This document shows, one piece after another, positions 57,772 through 64,000 of a stretch of DNA of 64,000 nt. The position numbers were made by a program, and so were the translations under genes. Numbering within the stretch: the first letter of the stretch is position 1; the number at the start of each line of letters is the position of its first letter. The notes below the pieces were generated by a model. The model ran no database searches and was not told the origin of the DNA. It was given only the letters and a program-made list of their open reading frames with translations. Source of the stretch: Octopus vulgaris (taxonomy: Eukaryota); NCBI GenBank assembly GCA_951406725.2, contig OX597818.1:121954001-122018000 (forward strand), read 5' to 3'.

Positions 57772-57805
<34 letters not shown>
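55079..57805 (+). mobile_element. CR1-clade LINE, 5'-truncated, young
   Basis: ORF2 is followed by a ~50-nt 3' UTR with stem-loop AGTGC-acctga-GCACT (57749-57764) and an (ATT)n tail. Inserted in (TA)n with possible TSD atatatatg. Confidence 0.92.
55080..57722 (+). CDS. LINE ORF2 (APE endonuclease + reverse transcriptase), N-terminally truncated, no stops or frameshifts
   Basis: The frame is open from the truncation point: GYNLFRKDRTNRRGGGV, VYRPP, AGDFNHP, TLDLLF, SDH (APE); SPGLDG, NYRPVSLTS, YLDFAKAF, GVPQGSVLGPLLF, YADD (RT); C-terminal TRGH..FFTLRV..WNKLP typical of CR1. Confidence 0.95.
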   Translation, partial: GVFNITGYNLFRKDRTNRRGGGVMVYVRSNFLVIPCADLNESQEEVFFCDVRMTMSTLLLGVVYRPPSYHRDTQLCNVLRAAARKTATYVFIAGDFNHPEIDWETFHWPQSANDFVELVLDSNWSQVVTSPTRGDNTLDLLFTTTPEAVINCTTEEPLGDSDHAMIIANLALAGNKNLNHLQSASFDWKRADWNLYHTELQHPNWREFYNSGDVNTILQSILDSIWAACAASVPRKQKKKNRPKRVIWETSAIRLARRERRTAEREYRLHKSDTNRKKRNKSSNHLKQVTKKAVLEFEQCIAANPDSKVFWKYVHSKQRPHSPVGPLRNPHTNQITDDPKECAELIAECYANIFTVESQNVPSSPSLTANSITTMEFTPAMLRRHLQNKRNYASPGLDGVTYLLLKRGRHFLLHQLSIFFQYCLNNGATPEQWKTASVIPLFKKGDRTSPVNYRPVSLTSCIAKLMESCVRETLWNFWSSHSLIRPSQYGFVPNSSCSDQLVEFLEDITQITDSGSWVDVVYLDFAKAFNSVPHKRLMVKLSAMGVGDDLFNWLKSFILSRKEVVTVLGQHSTPYEMSSGVPQGSVLGPLLFVAYINDIDANLKNATVLKYADDIKLYLEIKRTDPDVYNSFLQSDLDTMQQWITDWQLKLAVDKCTTMHFGRKNPAFTYSLHNTDIKKSSCERDLGITVSSDLRWSKHISKIVRKAEGVLASLSRSFVSRSPAIYLKLYTAMVRPHLEFASSVWNPYLAQNIDLLESVQRRATKRIPSIRHLPYSERLVSLGMDSLKLRRLATDLVNTHKVINHLTNNNTEHLFDLHVSNTRGHAYKVRKQYSSHDFRKHFFTLRVAEAWNKLPASVVDCHDTASFKALMLSEIRRNYT

Positions 57806-57813
<8 letters not shown>

Positions 57814-57896
57814 TGTGTGTGTGTGTGTGTATGTATATACATATATTTGCACACACGTTATATACATAAGTGGGTGTATGTATACACACACATATA

Positions 57897-58332
57897 TAAA
57901 GTAAACAGAAAATGGAGAAATATTGATCAACAACAATTGACTAACATCAATAACTACTTTCTAATACAAATAGACTTTATCCCATCCAACAGCTGTTTCT
58001 GCTTCCAATATTCTAGAGTATTGCCATTGAAAATTAACCAACCAATTAATATTCTTAGTTTAGTCTTTCACTCAACGTCCTGAAGCAACACATGCAAAAT
58101 GGTTATTTTCTTTTCTTTTATGTATTTTTCTTCAATCTGATGAAGCTCCGTGTTCCAGAGCGGATGTGTTACCAAATATGATGAATATTTCAGAGTTTTC
58201 AATGGCAATACCGTAGAACACTGGAAGCAGAAACAGCTGTTAGATGGGATACAGTATATTTGTATTAAAAAGTAATAATTGATGTTAGTCAATTGTTGTT
58301 GATCAATATTTCTCCATTTTCTGTTTACTTTA
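57897..58332. repeat. ~137-bp imperfect inverted repeat with hammerhead-like motifs (PLE-type inverted junction)
   Basis: 57897-58033 is the reverse complement of 58196-58332 with scattered mismatches. CTGATGA at 58137 and GAAACAGCTGTT at 58230. Confidence 0.85.
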
Positions 58333-59103
58333 AACTTGACTCCTGGTAAACTCGTTTATCTTTGTCATGGCCTGTAAGCTATGAGCATAATATGCTTGCA
58401 TATGTATTCCAGGGTTACGATAGGTAATTATACCGGTAGTAACACGGATATTTTTATCCCTTAGACGGTTATTCCCACCTCTAACTCTACTAACCTTTAT
58501 ATGTACATATATATATATATACATATATGTAAATGTATATGCTCATATATACGTTTACACATGTATGTGTGCGTGTGGCTGTGTGTATGGGCGTGTGTGT
58601 ATGTGTGTGTGTGAGTTGTACACACGTACGGATACATCATCTTAAGCAAACCATATAGGTCTTCCATAGGAGAATTTAAATGCAACGGTGCTATAACTAG
58701 TCCTGAAATTCACTATAAAACCTGAAATATCGTCTGTAAAAAATGCTTAATAGCTGATTAATTCCTTATTATCTATTATTGATCTAAATCTGATATATAT
58801 ATATAAATGGGCAGTATTTATTATACGATCCCTGTGTTCTAACTTGAAATTATTTATTTAATTTTCAATTGATTGTGTTGAATTGTATCTCTACTCATTA
58901 ATCACGGACTTCTTGTATTATTTTTAGTTTAAACCCTTTTTCTTACCTACCAGACTTGTCTTGCTTGTGTCGGCGATTGAGTTATTAATTAAAGACGCGA
59001 AGAACACAATATACATGTAATTAATCACACACGCATGCGCACTTGGACGCGTCTATCTATATACGTATATCTCTGTTTCTATGTATGTATGTATGTATGT
59101 ATG

Positions 59104-59154
<51 letters not shown>

Positions 59155-61856
59155 TTATTTATTTATTTATAAGTGTGTAGATATATGTATACATATATAA
59201 ATGTACATACATAGACCCACACACACGCACACACACATATACGTATATATACATATACAAATACTGACATATATATGTGTGTGTATGTGTCTACGTGCAT
59301 ATGTATGTGTGTGAGTGACTGTATGTATGTATGTATGTATGTATGTATGTATATATACAACAATTTTCGTTTTATTGCATTAAAAAATATATTTTTGACT
59401 ATTTTTCAAGAATCTCAGCATTCTTGGAGATGTTTCTACTTCCATGCTGTGCGAGACAGAAAAAAAACAACTGATCTCTAAGGAAAGTCGGCGTAGTGCC
59501 GTTTCATCTGGTAAAAACATTGACCAAATCTTCTTCAAACTACTTCTGTCGCAATAAAAAGGACACACTGCAAAACATAGTTCTACTTATATACTATGTT
59601 TAATGAAACAGATGTCATGTGATGGTTGGAATGACTTTGATCTGCTCAGTCAGAGTAGGCTGAAAGTTATGCAACGACAAAATCAATAACAATACAAACA
59701 ACAACAAGCAATAGTAGTGGTTGTAACAACAAAATAAACTACAATACTGACGACGGCAACATTATTAGCAAACTGCAGCAGTAACGTCAGCATCATTTCC
59801 AAAATGAAGGAACTGAACAGAGAATAAAAAAAAATATTGAAACAACGGAGAGAGATATTTTCAATCTATAATTATAAACTAACAATCCAACTGTAATCAT
59901 TCCAAGCACTATACAGCATCACTATATCCCTATATTAAAACTGTATATAACAACGCTATATATTTTAGATTCGCTACCCTTGTGATTTGGCATTGGAATC
60001 ACGGAAAAGTTGTAAGAAATGAAAATGGACCCACTAAAGTCTACTCCTTTTGCTTCTTTAAGTCATAAACAGTTAATGATTTGAACATATTTCTACCTTT
60101 TCTGCCGCTGCTCCTTGCAACTGGCTGTGTTCATATCACCTCAACCCAATCTGTTTTCTTCCTACCCGTTTCGCTTCCTCTCGTTATTCTTGTTGTGTTC
60201 GACTCCAGCCTAAGTTTCTCTCGAATCAGTAAGTCCAGTTCTTCCTTTCCAGAACGTTGGTCTTCTAGAATATCCTTCTTTGCTCATTTTTTTTTTTGCA
60301 GGTGTTGAATCACAAAGGTTCAATAGAAACATCAATGGCCTCAGTCTCACCTGTCTTGGAAAGTTTGTGAAAGTCATGGGCACTCCTGTTTCCTCTAAAC
60401 ACAGCATGTAAAAAGAGTACTTACACAAACTCTTTACAGTCCTGTCCTTAGTATCTAATTTTTTTTAAATAACTCCACATTTTATGGATAGATAATTATT
60501 TATGCTGAAGCTTCTTAAAACTAACATCACTATTTTCACCCCTTAATCCCATGGTTGACATCCCGAAAGAGGTTAATATTCAGATAAATATCAGCAGTAA
60601 GTACTGAATCCCCTAATACACTTGTTACAGAAAACATAATTCGGTGGCTTAGCGCTGCCAACAGCTCCGTCCTAATGGTCGTAGATGCAAAACTTTGAAA
60701 GACAAGGAAACTACCAGAGCATCGGAAATATAGGATCACTTACTTCCAAATTCAAGAAGTCCGACCTGGATTGTATAACAAAGATATAACAGGATGCTTT
60801 GATTTAATTTTAATTCTATAATCCTTACAGCTGTGTTTCTCAGTCTTCTCGACTTCGTGTCACATTGGGGAAGCAATAAAAAAATTTATGGAACACATTG
60901 CATAGAGACTTAAAAAAAAAAATTTTACTATTGAAAATATTACAAAATACATAATATGAAAAAACAATTGTGTCTCATTTTATTAATCGCGTTTATGTCT
61001 AAACAAAATTATGAATCGCAGTTTTATTGCAGCAGCAGCAACACCATCACCACAACCACAACAATATCACCTACGTCGCTACATCCACCACCATCACCCC
61101 ACCACTATTATCACCACTGCCATCATCACCACTATCATCATCACCACTACCATCATCACCACTACCATCATCACCACTACCAATACTAGTTCACCATCAT
61201 CACCACCACCACCATTACCACAATCAGAACTGCAATAGCAGCAACTATGTTGCATCATTCGTTGCAATAGTAACAGAATTTTGAATCCAGTTTGATTCAG
61301 AAATATTTTCCTTTGAATTTCTAGTGAAAACTAATCGATAAAACCGCTATTTATATAAGCAGTGATAGCTTGCTATCGACGAAGTATTGCTACTTGTAAG
61401 AGTAGCGGGATGGCAGCGGGCATATTACTATTTAGTTTCGACTCTCCATTTTTTGGTACATATTTTTGCTAAGGCTGATTTTTGAAGCCAAAGATGGGAA
61501 TTATAAGATACTTTGTCGTTTATAGAGGACATTTATATATAGACTCACAGCGAGATCGATTCTTAGCCGTAGACCATATTTAAAACGGATGGGACACAAA
61601 TCGTTCACTTGACTGAATATGTTATAAAGCTTATAAATATTGACTGAGCCCTAGCTGAATTTAAGGGGTTTGTTTTGCAATTATGAGGTCTCGGATTTGA
61701 TCCCCATCTTACCATCTTGGACAAGTTTCTTTACTCAATTCCCTAGGGGGATCCTAATCTTGTGAGTGAATTTGGGTCAAGTACGAAGAAAATTGCAATT
61801 TACTAAACATATAAAAACTTATTCTTTATATGAGAGTAATGCAATATATATATATA

Positions 61857-62029
61857 ATAATAATTTAATAAATAAAAATATACGCATACATACATACATA
61901 TATGTACGTACCTACATCTATATGTATATATATATATATATATATATGCATGTATATATACTTATAGATGTAGGTACGTATATATATATGTATGTATGTA
62001 TGCGTATATTTTATTTATTAAATTATTAT
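61857..62029. repeat. ~170-bp near-perfect palindrome centred on (TA)n
   Basis: 61857-61922 is the reverse complement of 61963-62029, including non-repetitive aatttaataaataaaa..tacgcat and cgtacctacatcta. Confidence 0.9.
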
Positions 62030-62074
62030 ATGACTGAGCGCCCCTCGCGTCGTTTCGTTTCTTTTCTCCAAGTA

Positions 62075-62129
<55 letters not shown>

Positions 62130-62164
62130 ATATGTGTGTGTGTGCGTATTTGTGTATGAATATA

Positions 62165-62210
<46 letters not shown>

Positions 62211-62704
62211 ATGTATATACATATACATACACCCCCCACACACGCACACACACACATACACACACACATATGCATGGAGAAATATATATTCATGGCACAT
62301 AGATAAGTGCAAGCACGTACGCTAAACAAATGACGGTGAAAATAGTACTCAAATACTAAGACTGCAGGGAAATATAGTGTTTTATTGCAGCACCCAAACT
62401 TCATGATCCGATGATCATATAAGCGATCGTCAGAGATGTGTCTACTGATTGTGTACGTGAAATTCTGAGTACCAATTTATGAAACATTTTGGGTTTAGTT
62501 GATTGAATCGACACAAGTATATTACACGTTTTAGCACCACGAACATACTTGAGTTGAGTCTGAAACGACGAAATGTAGCATTAAGTCTGGTATTAATTAT
62601 CTAAATTAGAGAGTACTGGATGTAACTAAACCCCGCGAGGCATTAAACCTAGGCATCTGACTCTTCTCACTTGCTATATCAAATTTTCTAATAAAGAACA
62701 GTGT

Positions 62705-62936
62705 TCTTTTATTCTTTAATTCTTTTACTTGTTTCAGTAATTTGACTGAGACCATGCTGGAGCACCGCCTTGAAAAAGTTTTAGTCGAAGAAATCAACCC
62801 CAGGACTTATTCTTCGTAAGCCTAATACTTATTCTGTCGGTGTTTTTTTTACCAAACCGCTATATGGACGTAAACACACCAACATCAGTTATCAAGTGAT
62901 GGTGGAGGAAAAACACTGACACAAAGACAAACACAT

Positions 62937-63002
<66 letters not shown>

Positions 63003-63361
63003 ACGACTTCTTTCAGTTTGCGTCTACCATAACCACTCACAACCTAAGGTAGTAACCCGCTATCCACATAATTCCCATCAGGAATAAGACCGAACCTGAG
63101 CCAAACCATTCATAACAACAATAACAACAACAACGACAACAATAATTGTTTCAAATTTTGGCACAGAGCAAGCAGTTGTTTTAGTGGGTGTGGAAATCAT
63201 TTACATCGAATCCAGTATCTGGCTGGTACTTATTTTATCGAAACCGAAAGGATCAAAGGTAAAGTCGACCTCCATAGAACTTGAAATCAAAACGTAAAGA
63301 CGGACGAAATGCTGCAGAGCATTTTGCCCGGCGTGCTGACGATTCTGCCAGCACGCCGCCT
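62705..63361 (-). mobile_element. SINE B (62705-63045) and SINE A (63146-63361)
   Basis: Family blocks as above. Confidence 0.85.
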
Positions 63362-63438
<77 letters not shown>

Positions 63439-63439
63439 T

Positions 63440-63492
<53 letters not shown>

Positions 63493-63511
63493 ATAATAAT
63501 AATAATAATAA

Positions 63512-64000
63512 CATTAGCCCTGATGCATGAGAGCCAGTGACTCTCATGGCTTCTGATCTTAACTGATTGGAAGTGTTATCATGTACATTATTTTGTCTTG
63601 GTATAAAAGATGGGCTACAGCAAATATTCTGCTCAATACCACAGATTTGCATGTCAGTTGTTTGACCTTAACCAGTTGAGCATGTCCCTTAGTGGCTACC
63701 GATATGTGCATCTCTGACCACGAGCAGAAGTAGAGGGGGAGCATCATAGCAATGTGTTGAGATGGATTCTTTGGGGTTTGAATAATTCACCTCTGGAAAC
63801 ATGGGTGTTTCGTTCAACATCCTTAAACAACCATTATTCAGGGACCTTTTGAGTGGGATGGGTTACTCGACCAGAAGAAAATTCTAACTGGGCCTCACCT
63901 GCAAGGTCATGTGCTGTTTATCTTGATATGAGATCACCATGTCACGCACATATGGTTGTGATGCATGTGCCTGGTGTACCCTAATCAGACGGCTAGTCAT
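63512..64000 (+). mobile_element. (TAA)n-associated repeat, probably the long 3' UTR of the R4/Dong-type LINE; runs off the window
   Basis: About 63914-64000 matches the reverse complement of about 12858-12945; starts directly after (TAA)n. Confidence 0.65.

Noticed and set aside
60061-60545. Coding-like stretch, possibly a decayed DNA transposon
   Set aside because: Stops in all frames and no motif I can assign.

Overview
Non-genic, very repeat-dense animal DNA, AT-rich and full of (TA)n, (CA)n, (TATG)n, (ATCT)n and trinucleotide microsatellites. The SINE families and microsatellite load point to a coleoid cephalopod, probably Octopus (inference). There is a 100-N scaffold gap at 20386-20485. 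I cannot support any host protein-coding gene; almost all listed ORFs are microsatellite or SINE artefacts. Recognisable coding sequence is all transposon-derived. It comprises a young, 5'-truncated but uninterrupted CR1-type LINE ORF2 (55080-57722), degenerate R4/Dong-type RLE LINE pieces sitting in (TAA)n tracts, a Chapaev3-like (CMC) transposase fossil and a mariner fossil. There are also piggyBac- and Helitron-like non-autonomous pieces and dozens of tRNA-derived SINE copies from about 4 families. The most interesting signal is non-coding. At least seven hammerhead-ribozyme-like motifs, from several different short repeat families, lie next to TA microsatellites. One is nearly canonical (5862-5905). 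Others show core variants (CUGUCGA), an extended stem II, a 1.4-mer tandem unit or inverted junctions, as expected for Penelope-like pseudo-LTRs or animal retrozymes. All folds were done by eye and activity is untested.
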